From Anaerolinea sp. (GTDB lineage: Bacteria; Chloroflexota; Anaerolineae; Anaerolineales; Anaerolineaceae), in NCBI GenBank assembly GCA_020725865.1, contig DYEC01000007.1:2346-66345 (forward strand): a stretch of DNA of 64,000 nt, read 5' to 3'. The first letter of the stretch is position 1. Each line of letters begins with the position of its first letter. This document shows positions 26,418 through 36,319 of this stretch, piece after piece. The notes under the pieces are model-generated. The model ran no database searches and was not told where the DNA came from. It worked only from the letters and a program-made list of their open reading frames with translations. The position numbers were made by a program, and so were the translations under genes.

Positions 26418-27401
26418 TCACGATCTTAACCAGAAGAATAGCCCTTTCAGGGCGATGGCATACACCCGGTAGGGCTTGGGTCCAACAAAAACCTGATCGC
26501 CAATAAAGAGGGTCGGCGTACCGTAAAAGTTGGTTTTGACAATTTCATTCATCTGTCGTTGAACGGCGGCTTCTGTGGCAGGGTCATTCGCACAGGTCAA
26601 CACCCGCCCGGCATCCAGCCCTGCTTCACTGACTAACGCTTCCAGAAAACGGTTTGTCTCCGGCTTCAAGGTGCTGAGCAGGGAAGGCCCGTTCGTCAAT
26701 TCACTCAGCATAGCTTTGTCGCTGTGGATTAATTCCTCGTTCAGACGCCAGTATCCCTCCGGGTTCTGCTGATAGGCACAATAGCCCAGCCGGCTCAAAA
26801 AATCATTTTTTTCGTTCACCGGGTAATGCAGAAAAACCAACTGCGTATGATAACGCCTGACCAGAGTAAGAACGCTGTCATACACTTTGCGAGTGTAATC
26901 ACAGGTATAGCAGCCAATCAATACCACACGATAAGCTGATTCGGGTTGAAGCGTCGGGAAGTCGCTCAAATTCACGCCTTCCAGCGTCAGTTTGCTAATA
27001 TCGCCTTCGCCGTTAAGACAGCCGGCAAAAGTTGAAACCTGATTGTTAGCACCGCTTGGATCAAACACACAGAAAGCAGCCTGATTCAATCCGTTGCACG
27101 AACCGGTCACGTAAAACAAATACAGACCGCGGGCGAAGATGATACTGCTCGCCAGCAGAAGCGTAAAGAATGCCCAAGCCAGTGCCTCAAAGTATTTGTT
27201 TAACAAGCGCGCCAGCGTCTCCGAGCGCATGATGACCACGCCCAGAATTTTGGCTTTCATCTTCTCGTCAAAGCCGGTTGTGCAGGGTCGAAAAGTTACC
27301 CGCCGCAGGACGCAATCCAGCGCTTCTTTTGCCAGACTGCGGTTGGAGGCGGAGAAAATACCCAGAATAGATAAAACAATAAAAGAAACAATGCAGAACA
27401 T
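26418..27401 (-). CDS. Membrane-anchored DsbA-like thioredoxin-fold protein
   Basis: 327 aa with two N-terminal hydrophobic helices and paired loop cysteines (DCV...RPC; SCNG...FCV). The periplasmic-type domain carries a CxxC (GCYTCDY) and a DsbA-like C-terminus (FYGTPTLFIGDQVFVG). Confidence 0.6.
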   Translation of the reverse strand: MFCIVSFIVLSILGIFSASNRSLAKEALDCVLRRVTFRPCTTGFDEKMKAKILGVVIMRSETLARLLNKYFEALAWAFFTLLLASSIIFARGLYLFYVTGSCNGLNQAAFCVFDPSGANNQVSTFAGCLNGEGDISKLTLEGVNLSDFPTLQPESAYRVVLIGCYTCDYTRKVYDSVLTLVRRYHTQLVFLHYPVNEKNDFLSRLGYCAYQQNPEGYWRLNEELIHSDKAMLSELTNGPSLLSTLKPETNRFLEALVSEAGLDAGRVLTCANDPATEAAVQRQMNEIVKTNFYGTPTLFIGDQVFVGPKPYRVYAIALKGLFFWLRS

Positions 27402-27405
27402 CGCT

Positions 27406-28617
27406 TCAAAGCACCTTTCTGATTTTTCTCAGGCATTCCGCCAGAATATTGGCTTCCTCGATGGTGTTATAGAAATACGCCGAAGCCCGCACCGAACCTT
27501 TGATTTGACGGGCATTAAACCACGAATGAACACAGTGCTGACCAGAACGCACCAGAACGTTCGCCATCTGGTCGAGCATCAGCGCTACGCGGTGAGAATC
27601 AACTCCCTCAATATAAAACGTGGTCACCCCGCCACGCAGTGCCGGGTCTGCCGGACCGATAATCTTCAACCCGGAGATATCCTTCAATTGCTCGCTGAGC
27701 GCATATGTGATGAGTGCTTCCTGTTTGCGGATGGTATCAAAACCGATATGCTGTAAATACTCCACCGCTGCACCCAGCCCAATGATTCCGGCGTAATCCT
27801 GCAAACCCGCTTCAAACTTTTCGGGCGGGGGCAGAAACTCACAATTAGCATAGGTGGAGTTTGCCACTGTGTCGCCGCCAACCAGAAAAGGCGACAGGGA
27901 CTCGAGCAGTGCGTATTTACCGTATAACACTCCTGTCCCCGAAGGCCCGAGCATCTTATGTCCGGAAAGCGCCAGAAAGTCCACATCCAGGGCGCGGACG
28001 TTGATTGGATGATGCGGCGCGGTCTGCGCCGCATCCAGCAGCACATGCGCTCCAACACGATGCGCCTTACGGATAATCTCACCTGCCGGAATGGTTACCC
28101 CATCGAGGTTAGAAGTGAAACCCAGCGCAACCAGTTTGACGCGCTTATCCAGCAATGCCTCAAAGGCATCCATGTCGAACGTGTTATCCGGGCAGGTGGG
28201 AATGATTTTGAGTTCAATACCGCGCTGCTTTACCTGCATTTGCCAGGGGATCAGGTTGGAATTGTGTTCCTTATCTGAAACCAGCACCACATCCCCCGCC
28301 CGAAACGGAAAGGCATTCGCCACCAGATTGATGCCTTCGGTGGTATTGCGGGTGAAGATGATTTCCTGTGCCCGGCTTGCGTTCAGGAATTTTGCCATCA
28401 GCTCGCGCGCCCGATCCACTTCGCGCGTCACTGCCGCCGCCCACTGGTGCATACTGCGCCCGCTGCAGGCAGGTTCTTGAAGATAGTAGCGGTTGACCGC
28501 ATCAATTACCACCTGCGGACGCAGGCTCTGACAGGCGGTATCGAAATAGACAATCGCCTTTCTGGTTCGTTTGCTGTCAAGGGCGGGAAAATCCTGACGA
28601 ATCTTTTCAACGTTCAT
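27406..28617 (-). CDS. Cysteine desulfurase (aminotransferase class V, SufS/CsdA-like)
   Basis: 403 aa. The PLP lysine motif is LSGHKMLGPSGTGVLYG. The catalytic Cys loop is RSGQHCVHSW. Confidence 0.9.
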   Translation of the reverse strand: MNVEKIRQDFPALDSKRTRKAIVYFDTACQSLRPQVVIDAVNRYYLQEPACSGRSMHQWAAAVTREVDRARELMAKFLNASRAQEIIFTRNTTEGINLVANAFPFRAGDVVLVSDKEHNSNLIPWQMQVKQRGIELKIIPTCPDNTFDMDAFEALLDKRVKLVALGFTSNLDGVTIPAGEIIRKAHRVGAHVLLDAAQTAPHHPINVRALDVDFLALSGHKMLGPSGTGVLYGKYALLESLSPFLVGGDTVANSTYANCEFLPPPEKFEAGLQDYAGIIGLGAAVEYLQHIGFDTIRKQEALITYALSEQLKDISGLKIIGPADPALRGGVTTFYIEGVDSHRVALMLDQMANVLVRSGQHCVHSWFNARQIKGSVRASAYFYNTIEEANILAECLRKIRKVL

Positions 28618-28745
28618 CTTTGTTCACCATTAATCCTGCCGCAATGCGGTTTTGACTGCTGATCATCGAAAGGCACAGGCAAGTATTATACCCCTGCCGA
28701 AAGGAAATGCTAACAAATCGGCTTCATCCGATGCGCCGGCATATC

Positions 28746-29795
28746 TTAATGCAGCATCTCTGGATGATCGGTCAGCGTTCCGGCGATGTATGCCTGAGCG
28801 GCGGTTTCAATGTCGCTTAATTCGGTCAGAATGGGACGGATGTTCAGGCGGCGCAAGCTTTCATAAACACCCATGCCCATCCCACCGCATATTACCGCCT
28901 CGCAATCAGTAATTGCCTGCGCCATGCTGACATGTTTATTATGGGAGGCTGTGTCGGGTTCATGCCCTGCGCCGTGATGATGCTCGTGTTCGCCGTGCAA
29001 CCCGCCTGCAAATTGACCATGTCCCAGCTTCTCGCGCATTTCACGCTGAATAATCTGACCATCCTCGATGGTCATGACCAGATAATACGGCGCACGACCA
29101 AAGTGCCGGCTAATCGTTTTTCCATCTTCTGTGATAAATGCAATTTTCATTGCAAGCTCCTGTCGTGGTTTAAAGTGACGTCCGCCGGGTTTATCCCTCC
29201 GATCGGCGGGATAAAAGATGAGCAGAATCTGAGCGGGCTCCTCTGCGGCATTCTCCCAGCAGTGCGGCAGATGCGCTTCAAAAACAAGACTGTCGCCGGG
29301 CTCGAGCAGGTAGGATTGACCATCAATCTGATAGCGCACCAAACCGCTCAGGCAATAGACGAATTCATGACCGGTATGAACAATGGTTTGTTCTCCGCTG
29401 GCAGCACCGGGCTGCAGGGTGACCACAAACGGCTGGACTGCATTGCCCGCAAGATCTTCGCCCAGATTTTGTATTTGTGCCCTGCCAAAATCGACCTCGG
29501 GCCGCCGGTTTGCAGGGGTGAAAACGACTGTTTTCTCCACCTGCTGGCTTTCAAAAAAGCTGACAATGGGCACATCCAGCGCCTGTGCGAGCTGTTGTAA
29601 CGTAGAAACAGAGGGGGAGGTTTTCCCGTTCTCTACCATGCTCAACGTGTTGACATTGAGACCGCTGCGTTTTGCCAGCGCGCGCAGCGAAAAACCGCTT
29701 TCACGGCGCAGCTTCCGTATCCTCTCTCCCACCTCGATCTCGGCTGAACGCCTTGCGGCTGAACGATCGTGAAGGCGACCGGCTTTTCCCATCAT
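28746..29795 (-). CDS. XRE-family HTH + cupin regulator fused in frame to a NifX/NifB-type (dinitrogenase FeMo-cofactor-binding-like) domain
   Basis: The HTH is IRKLRRESGFSLRALAKRSGLNVNTLSMVENGKTSPSVSTLQQLAQAL. A cupin follows (HTGHEFVYCLSG...GDSLVFEAHLPH). With no intervening stop comes MKIAFITEDGKTISRHFGRAPYYLV...CEAVICGGMGMG, with a His-rich insert HGEHEHHHGAGHE. ATG 29795 is preceded by GGAGG. The internal ATG at 29150 is preceded by CAGGAGC. Confidence 0.75.
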   Translation of the reverse strand: MMGKAGRLHDRSAARRSAEIEVGERIRKLRRESGFSLRALAKRSGLNVNTLSMVENGKTSPSVSTLQQLAQALDVPIVSFFESQQVEKTVVFTPANRRPEVDFGRAQIQNLGEDLAGNAVQPFVVTLQPGAASGEQTIVHTGHEFVYCLSGLVRYQIDGQSYLLEPGDSLVFEAHLPHCWENAAEEPAQILLIFYPADRRDKPGGRHFKPRQELAMKIAFITEDGKTISRHFGRAPYYLVMTIEDGQIIQREMREKLGHGQFAGGLHGEHEHHHGAGHEPDTASHNKHVSMAQAITDCEAVICGGMGMGVYESLRRLNIRPILTELSDIETAAQAYIAGTLTDHPEMLH

Positions 29796-29907
29796 TTCCT
29801 GGCCTCCAATCTTCAGCAAAATCACCAGTATTATAGTACAAAATTAACGTTTTATCACAACATTTCCCATTATATCTCCCAGCGCGGACAACAAGCTCTG
29901 GCAGGTT

Positions 29908-29948
29908 TAAGAAAACCGGCAGAGATTTCAGAGAAATACCTCTCTGCC
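29908..29948 (-). terminator. Intrinsic terminator downstream of the beta-CASP RNase gene
   Basis: The stem pairs GGCAGAGA (29918-29925) with TCTCTGCC (29941-29948). On the minus strand it is followed by GGTTTTCTTAAA. Confidence 0.5.
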
Positions 29949-29964
29949 AAAGGTTATGCCTAAC

Positions 29965-31362
29965 CTAAATTTCCACCATGCTGAACGGCGCGGGATAGTA
30001 AATGGGAGTGTCCTGCTGTTCACGCAGGCAGGCAGTCAGCGCGCTGGAAGCGGCCGGCTCGCCGTGAATCAGAAAGATGCCCTTGAGCTGTGCCGCGCTG
30101 GCATTAGCATAACGCAGAAGCATATCCTGCCCTGCGTGCGCCGAAAGTCCGCCGATGGTCGCCACTTCTGCCCGCACTTCAAAGCTCTCGCCAAAAATCT
30201 TGACCGTGCGCTCGCGCTCTGCCAGCCGGCGGCCGAGCGTATTCGGCGCCTGCCAGGAGACAATCACGATTGTGTTGCGGGCATCCCCAATATTGTTACG
30301 CAGGTGATGCTGAATACGCCCGGCTTCCGCCATGCCGGAAGCAGAGATAATCACCATCGGCTCTTTGCGGTCATTGAGGGCTTTGGATTCTTCAACACTG
30401 CCGATATAGGTTAACCCCCTAAACATCAGCGCGGGGTGACGGTTTTCGCGGATGAATTCGTTGGTCTCTTCGTCAAAGTATTGTGGAAATTCGCGGAAAA
30501 TCTGTGAAGCCTGCACCGCCAGCGGGCTGTCCACATAGACCGGAATAGGCGGCAATTCTCGTTCACTGATCATGCGGTTCAGACTGTATACCAGTTCCTG
30601 TGTACGCCCGACGGCAAACGCAGGAATGATGACTTTACCGCCGCGTTGTACCGTGCGCCTGACGACATCACGAAATTCCAAATAAGCTTCGTTTGGGTCG
30701 CGGTGCGGTTTGTCGCCATAAGTACATTCCATAATCAGGTAATCTGCCGCTTCCGGCAGGACGGGGTCGCGCAGCAACGGCAGTTTCAGCCGTCCAATAT
30801 CGCCCGAAAACCACAGGCGTTTTTTGCGGCGGCCCTTTTCTTCAATATCCAGCATGATACCCGCAGAACCCAGAATATGCCCGGCTTCGCGAAATGTGAC
30901 TGTTACGCCGGGAACGGGCTGGAAAGGAGTTTCGTACTCCACCATCCGAAGCAACGGCTTGACCGATAGCGCATCTTCTTGAGTGTAAAGCGGCTCAACA
31001 GGCGGCTCACCCTTACGGGCACGCTTTTTGTTGACATACTGCACATCCATCTCCTGCACGTGGCCGGAGTCCTGCAACATCACATCCGCCAGACGCGCGG
31101 TAGCAGGGGTGGTATAAATTGCTCCGTTGTACCCGCTTTTCACCAGATTGGGCAGGTTGCCGGAATGGTCTATATGGGCATGCGAAAGCACCACCGCGTC
31201 CAGTTTGGAAACGTCAAAGCTGAAAGTGCGGTTACGGGTGTAGGTCTCATCCCGCTTCCCCTGAAACAAGCCGCATTCCAGTAAAAGACGATAACCATTG
31301 ACCTCAAGATAAAGTTGCGAGCCGGTAACAGTTTGAGCAGCGCCGTTGAAATGAATGCGCAT
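29965..31362 (-). CDS. MBL-fold beta-CASP family ribonuclease (RNA-metabolising metallo-beta-lactamase)
   Basis: 465 aa. Contains MRIHFNGAAQTVTGSQ and the SHAHIDHSGNLP motif. The beta-CASP-like middle and C-terminal His motifs are also present. Confidence 0.85.
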   Translation of the reverse strand: MRIHFNGAAQTVTGSQLYLEVNGYRLLLECGLFQGKRDETYTRNRTFSFDVSKLDAVVLSHAHIDHSGNLPNLVKSGYNGAIYTTPATARLADVMLQDSGHVQEMDVQYVNKKRARKGEPPVEPLYTQEDALSVKPLLRMVEYETPFQPVPGVTVTFREAGHILGSAGIMLDIEEKGRRKKRLWFSGDIGRLKLPLLRDPVLPEAADYLIMECTYGDKPHRDPNEAYLEFRDVVRRTVQRGGKVIIPAFAVGRTQELVYSLNRMISERELPPIPVYVDSPLAVQASQIFREFPQYFDEETNEFIRENRHPALMFRGLTYIGSVEESKALNDRKEPMVIISASGMAEAGRIQHHLRNNIGDARNTIVIVSWQAPNTLGRRLAERERTVKIFGESFEVRAEVATIGGLSAHAGQDMLLRYANASAAQLKGIFLIHGEPAASSALTACLREQQDTPIYYPAPFSMVEI

Positions 31363-31365
31363 GGT

Positions 31366-32550
31366 TTAGCTCCTTTCGCTCAATGTTTTCGACTTATCGC
31401 TGCGGGCAGCAGAATGTGGAAAACGGCTGGTCACAGCGAGGATTTGTTCGCCGAACTGCTGAAAACGCCAGGGCAGATCGTGCATGACCGAAGCCAGCTC
31501 ATCCAGGGTACGCGGGCAAGCTTGCGCAATTTCCTCCAGGACATCGCGCGGCAGAATGACATCCGAAGGCACTTCCAGCGACCTGCCGGCTTGCTTGCGC
31601 CATTCGCGCAGTGCCTCCAGACGTTGCAGCATATCATCTGCCGGCCGAGGTGTGCCGTTCGGCGGATAAATGGGAGACGAGCGCCGGCCATGTTGAATGG
31701 CTTGCAGTAATCCCTCGCCGTGCCGTTGAATCTGACGTGCAGAAAGCACCCCGCTGGCTGCCAGCGCCTCTAGATTTTGCGGCTGCTCCAGTGCCAGTTT
31801 GAGCAGAATATCATTGCCCAACACCTTAAAGACCGGCAGGTTCATCTGACGGGCTTTCTGATCGCGGTAGTAACAAAGTTCGTGCAAAACGGCTGCCTGC
31901 TGGGGGGAAAGGTCGCGGCTGCCGGGGATACGCCAGCAGTTCGGATGACCATTTGCCGGCGGTACGGCGGTAAAGCACAGACGATGGAAATCCTCCCGTG
32001 CCAGCTCCCAGCGTCCATGCTGTTTCAGTTCCTCCGCCAGCCGTTCACGCAGAGGCAAGAGGTAATAGGTATCCAGCCGGGCATAATCCAGCAGATCAGG
32101 CGGCAGGGGGCGTTTGCCCCAGTTGGCACGCTGGAATTTTTTATCCAGCAGGATGCCAAACTCGTTTTCCAGCATCGCCGCCAGACCGGTCTCACTGCGT
32201 CCCAGAATACGCCCTGCCAGCATCGTGTCAAACAGGTTGGCAAAACCGAAGCCGAAATCGCGCTTCAGGCAGATCAGGTCATATTCGGCGGCGTGAAAGA
32301 TTTTCTCAATATGCGGGCTGGCAAAAACTTCCCCCAGCGGTGAAAGATCATCCAGCGCCAGCGGGTCAATCAAGTAGTCACTTTCGCCGGTGGAGAACTG
32401 GATCAGACAGACCCGTTCGCGATAGGCGTACAGGCTGTTTGATTCGGTGTCCACTGCCAGACGCGGATAACGCAACAGGCTGGCTGCTGCCTTGTGCAAT
32501 TTCTGGGGTTTATCCACCCAGATCAGTTCACTCTGCGGTGCGCTCAACAT
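31366..32550 (-). CDS. rnd: Ribonuclease D (3'-5' exonuclease + HRDC domains)
   Basis: 394 aa. DEDD motifs are LAVDTESNSLYAY, HAAEYDLICL and YARLDTYYL. The HRDC-like segments include VLPRDVLEEIA. Confidence 0.85.
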   Translation of the reverse strand: MLSAPQSELIWVDKPQKLHKAAASLLRYPRLAVDTESNSLYAYRERVCLIQFSTGESDYLIDPLALDDLSPLGEVFASPHIEKIFHAAEYDLICLKRDFGFGFANLFDTMLAGRILGRSETGLAAMLENEFGILLDKKFQRANWGKRPLPPDLLDYARLDTYYLLPLRERLAEELKQHGRWELAREDFHRLCFTAVPPANGHPNCWRIPGSRDLSPQQAAVLHELCYYRDQKARQMNLPVFKVLGNDILLKLALEQPQNLEALAASGVLSARQIQRHGEGLLQAIQHGRRSSPIYPPNGTPRPADDMLQRLEALREWRKQAGRSLEVPSDVILPRDVLEEIAQACPRTLDELASVMHDLPWRFQQFGEQILAVTSRFPHSAARSDKSKTLSERS

Positions 32551-32713
32551 GTCCTGAATTATAGCCCAAACCGGCTGCTTTGGCGGGCGAGAATGTATTT
32601 GCAGGACAGCGTCATGCCAGTTCCCACAAGTTGACGTCTCAAACAGTTCACTTCCCCTCTTGACACAATGGTTGCGCTATAATGATACAAACAACCGGCA
32701 GTGAAGAGAAAAA

Positions 32714-33364
32714 ATGAACGCTTCCATTTTGAACCGTATTGCCTTTTTTCAGGGGCGGCGCGATGAAGTGCCCAACCAACAGCTCGCCCGCGAACTGGTA
32801 CAGCAAAACGACCTGCACGGTATCGAGGAAATCGCCCAAAACCTGTGGCATTCCAATCCCAATGTACAAAGCGACTGCCTGAAAGTCCTCTACGAAATCG
32901 GCTATCTCGAACCACAGTTGATTACCGGCTATGTTCAAGATTTTCTCAAACTGCTGAAAAGCCGCAACAACCGTCTGGTGTGGGGAAGCATGATTGCTCT
33001 TTCCACCATTGCTCACCTGTGTGCAGATGAGATTTACCCTCATCTCGCAGAAATCCAGCGGTTGATGGAACAGGGTTCGGTCATTACCCGTGACAACGGC
33101 ATCAGGATACTGGCTGCCCTTGCCGCTCAAAACGATACCTACCGAAAAAATCTCTTCCCGTCTTTACTCAAGCATCTGGAAACCTGCCGCCCGAAAGATG
33201 TTCCGCAACACGCCGAAAGCGTCCTTGTTGCTGTGGATACTGCAAACCGGGAGGCTTTTGTGCATGTACTGCAAACACGGATGGCAGACATGAGCGCATC
33301 ACAAGCCGCGCGCTTACAAAAAATCATTCGTGCAGTTATGAAGTTTTCTAACAACGGATTGTGA
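32714..33364 (+). CDS. Hypothetical all-helical (HEAT/ARM-like repeat) protein
   Basis: 216 aa with a repetitive helical pattern. I recognise no specific family motif. Confidence 0.4.
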   Translation: MNASILNRIAFFQGRRDEVPNQQLARELVQQNDLHGIEEIAQNLWHSNPNVQSDCLKVLYEIGYLEPQLITGYVQDFLKLLKSRNNRLVWGSMIALSTIAHLCADEIYPHLAEIQRLMEQGSVITRDNGIRILAALAAQNDTYRKNLFPSLLKHLETCRPKDVPQHAESVLVAVDTANREAFVHVLQTRMADMSASQAARLQKIIRAVMKFSNNGL

Positions 33365-33430
33365 GCGGATTTTGATTGATATTGCCCTGTGCTTTGTGGT
33401 ATAGTAAATCCAGAACCACAGGAGGGACGC

Positions 33431-34108
33431 ATGAACGAGCGAATTTTGATTATCGAAGACGATGAAGCCATTGTAAAAGTCTTGCGCCGCGCTCTGATGA
33501 TGGAAAATTATCAGGTGGATGTTGCCTATGACGGCGAGAGCGGGCTGACCATGGTGCGCGAGCGCCAGCCCGACCTGATTATCCTCGATTTGATGCTGCC
33601 CGGCATGGATGGCATTGAAGTCTGCCAGCGTCTGCGTGCCACCGGCAACATCCCCATCCTCGTCCTGACCGCCAGGGATGCCCTGCAGGACCGCATCGAA
33701 GGTTTGGACGCCGGTGCAGATGATTACATGGTCAAACCCTTTGAATTAGGCGAGCTGCTGGCGCGTTTGCGCGCCCTTCTGCGCCGCACGCAACAGGAGC
33801 GCGCCGTGGTTTTAACCTTCGCCGATCTGACACTGGATACCAACACCCGTCAGGCGTTACGCAAAGGGCGCACGATCAATCTGACCGCCAAAGAGTACGA
33901 TCTGCTGGAATTATTCATGCGTCACCCTCGCCAGGTATTGACCCGAGAGCTGATTTTCGACCGCGTTTGGGGATATGATTTTGGCGGTGAGAGCAATGTG
34001 CTGGATGTCTATATCCGCTACCTGCGACAAAAGCTGGAAGCACAGGGCGAAAAACGCCTGATACATACCGTGCGCGGGGTGGGGTACGTCCTGCGCGAAA
34101 TCCCCTAA
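33431..34108 (+). CDS. OmpR/PhoB-type response regulator
   Basis: [18 protein letters not shown]...[14 protein letters not shown] is the receiver domain. The C-terminal winged helix ends in [14 protein letters not shown] 33431 follows GGAGGGA. Confidence 0.95.
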   Translation: MNERILIIEDDEAIVKVLRRALMMENYQVDVAYDGESGLTMVRERQPDLIILDLMLPGMDGIEVCQRLRATGNIPILVLTARDALQDRIEGLDAGADDYMVKPFELGELLARLRALLRRTQQERAVVLTFADLTLDTNTRQALRKGRTINLTAKEYDLLELFMRHPRQVLTRELIFDRVWGYDFGGESNVLDVYIRYLRQKLEAQGEKRLIHTVRGVGYVLREIP

Positions 34109-35500
34109 ATGTCCTTACGCTTCCGCCTGACTCTGCTCTATTCATCGTTGCTGGGAGGGGCACTGCTCATCTTCGGCGCGCTGGTGTACGGGCTGGTGCG
34201 TGTTGCGCTTCTTCAGCAGGTGGATGACCAGCTTACCCAGGCGGCTGAGCAGGTCATTCCCTTACTGCGTGTCGGAGAGAACGGGCGCTTTGACACTCGT
34301 TCCATCATCGGTTTCCAACCAGTTGAGAATCTCTATCTTCAGGTTTGGGGTCTCCAGCGCGACCTGCAGCTCTCATTACCGCTTGGTTTGCAAACTCCAT
34401 TGGATGAAAGAGCACTCTGGATCACCGTACCAACCTTCACATCCGCTCAAGGCAGTCTGGGGCATCTACGGGTGCTGAGCGTACCGCTCGTCTCCGAGCA
34501 CGGCGAGGTGGGGGTACTGCAGTTAGCAACGCGTCTTCTTCTGGTGGATATCACCCTCAATACGCTCTCTACCACAGTAGCAATGTTAGCCGCGCTGGTG
34601 GTTTTGGTTTCGGCATTGATTTCTTGGTTGATCATTGGGCATGCCCTTGCGCCTTTGGAAACCATGACGCGCATCGCCACTCAGGTGACCCGCGCCGACG
34701 ACCTGCAACGGCGCATCCCATTGCAAGGTTCTGCGGAGGACGAAGTCGGTCAACTGATTCAGGCATTTAACCAGACGTTAGAGCGGCTGGAAAAGCTCTT
34801 CTCCACCCAGCGCCGCTTTCTGGCAGATGTCAGTCATGAATTGCGCACACCTCTGACGGTCATCAAGGGCAATGTCGGCTTGCTGCGCCGTCTGGGCGGA
34901 GCAGACTCCGAAGCACTGGACAGCATCGAGCAGGAAGTGGACCGCCTGACACGACTGGTGGGTGACCTGCTTCTGCTGGCACAGGCTGAATCCGGGCGGT
35001 TGCCGCTGGCTCAACAACCGGTGGCACTGGATGAGGTGCTGATGGATGTCTATCAGCAAATGAAACTGCTGGCAGGCGAGCGTATTACGCTCAAATTGAC
35101 CGAAATTGATCAGCTTCAGGTGCTGGGTGACCGCGACCGGCTAAAGCAGGTCATGCTGAACCTTGTCAGCAACGCTGTGCAATACACCCCGGCGGGCGGT
35201 CAGGTTACGCTGGCACTGCGCCGCGCGAGTAACCGGGCGCAATTCGTTGTTTCAGACAGTGGTCCGGGCATTCCTCCCGAAGATCTGCCCCACATCTTTG
35301 AGCGTTTTTATAGAGGAGAGAAGTCACGCCGGCGCAGTCAGGCAACCGGGTTTGGGCTGGGGCTTTCGATTGCCTATTGGATTGTACGCAATCACGGCGG
35401 TGTGATTGACGTTGCCTCACGGGAAGGAGTGGGCACAACCTTTACTGTGTGGCTGCCGCTCATCGAAGCAGGCAACGAACCCAAACAGGACAAAAAATGA
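34109..35500 (+). CDS. Sensor histidine kinase (2 TM, HAMP, HisKA, HATPase_c)
   Basis: 463 aa. The H-box is FLADVSHELRTPLT. The N box is NLVSNAVQYT and the G boxes are DSGPGIPPEDL and GFGLGLSI. The start abuts the response regulator stop (TAAATG). Confidence 0.95.
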   Translation: MSLRFRLTLLYSSLLGGALLIFGALVYGLVRVALLQQVDDQLTQAAEQVIPLLRVGENGRFDTRSIIGFQPVENLYLQVWGLQRDLQLSLPLGLQTPLDERALWITVPTFTSAQGSLGHLRVLSVPLVSEHGEVGVLQLATRLLLVDITLNTLSTTVAMLAALVVLVSALISWLIIGHALAPLETMTRIATQVTRADDLQRRIPLQGSAEDEVGQLIQAFNQTLERLEKLFSTQRRFLADVSHELRTPLTVIKGNVGLLRRLGGADSEALDSIEQEVDRLTRLVGDLLLLAQAESGRLPLAQQPVALDEVLMDVYQQMKLLAGERITLKLTEIDQLQVLGDRDRLKQVMLNLVSNAVQYTPAGGQVTLALRRASNRAQFVVSDSGPGIPPEDLPHIFERFYRGEKSRRRSQATGFGLGLSIAYWIVRNHGGVIDVASREGVGTTFTVWLPLIEAGNEPKQDKK

Positions 35501-35525
35501 CCCTTCCCCGCAGAACGGGGAAGGG
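35491..35525 (-). terminator. Intrinsic terminator for the minus-strand membrane protein gene
   Basis: A 10-bp GC-rich stem pairs CCCTTCCCCG (35501-35510) with CGGGGAAGGG (35516-35525). The loop is 5 nt. On the minus strand the stem is followed by TCATTTTTTG, which overlaps the histidine kinase stop codon. Confidence 0.6.
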
Positions 35526-35560
35526 GATTTGGGGGAGGGGAAAGGGATGCGAATTTTTCT

Positions 35561-36319
35561 TTAGAGCATACGCGGGCTTTCATTACTGCCCGAAGAAGGC
35601 GGACGCGCATTGATGGAAAGACTGTGATATGTGGGTTCAGGACGAGTTGACGCAGGCGACTCGATTGAACCGCCGGAGGTACTGCGCGCCGGACGCGCTG
35701 TGATGGAGGGGCGCAGACCGTTACCCGTAAGAGACGAAGCTGCAGCCGGTCGGCTGGAAACCGAAGGGGCGATGGTTGGATGCATTCCCGTCCCAGTAGA
35801 ACGGCGGGTTGCCCCCCACAGGATGCGGTCACCGGCGACAGAGATCGTGCCAATGATCAGGATACGGATCACCCAAACCATGATGGCAACAAACGCCGGA
35901 ACAACACGGGTTAACGTTTTGATAGGAATAACCGCTGTGCTCTGCACTTCGTGGCTGACAATCGCCATTGAGACCCCCCACCAGGTAAGCATCGCATTCA
36001 TCGTCGCCGCCAGCAGCCATGCGCCAAACAAGTACCATACCTCACGGGGTTCATCTCGCCCCTGTTCGGGGGTAAATAAGCGGGCAATGCCGGCAAAATC
36101 TATTCCACAAAACGCAATGGCAAGAATGGTTGCCCAGCGGATGCCGGCAAATTTGAGATTGCCGAGCAGGTCCTTCAACGCATACTCGGTTGTACTGTAA
36201 TTGAACATCTCAAAAGCCAGCAAAGCGGTGAGAATAATGAGACCCAGCAGCAAGGATGGACTGAGGCGCACCCGCGCACCGAACAATGAAAAACTCTTAC
36301 GAACGCCTGAAAGGTTCAT
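35561..36319 (-). CDS. Hypothetical integral membrane protein with a Ser/Pro-rich C-terminal tail
   Basis: 252 aa with about 5 hydrophobic helices and a low-complexity tail. I recognise no family. Confidence 0.5.
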   Translation of the reverse strand: MNLSGVRKSFSLFGARVRLSPSLLLGLIILTALLAFEMFNYSTTEYALKDLLGNLKFAGIRWATILAIAFCGIDFAGIARLFTPEQGRDEPREVWYLFGAWLLAATMNAMLTWWGVSMAIVSHEVQSTAVIPIKTLTRVVPAFVAIMVWVIRILIIGTISVAGDRILWGATRRSTGTGMHPTIAPSVSSRPAAASSLTGNGLRPSITARPARSTSGGSIESPASTRPEPTYHSLSINARPPSSGSNESPRML

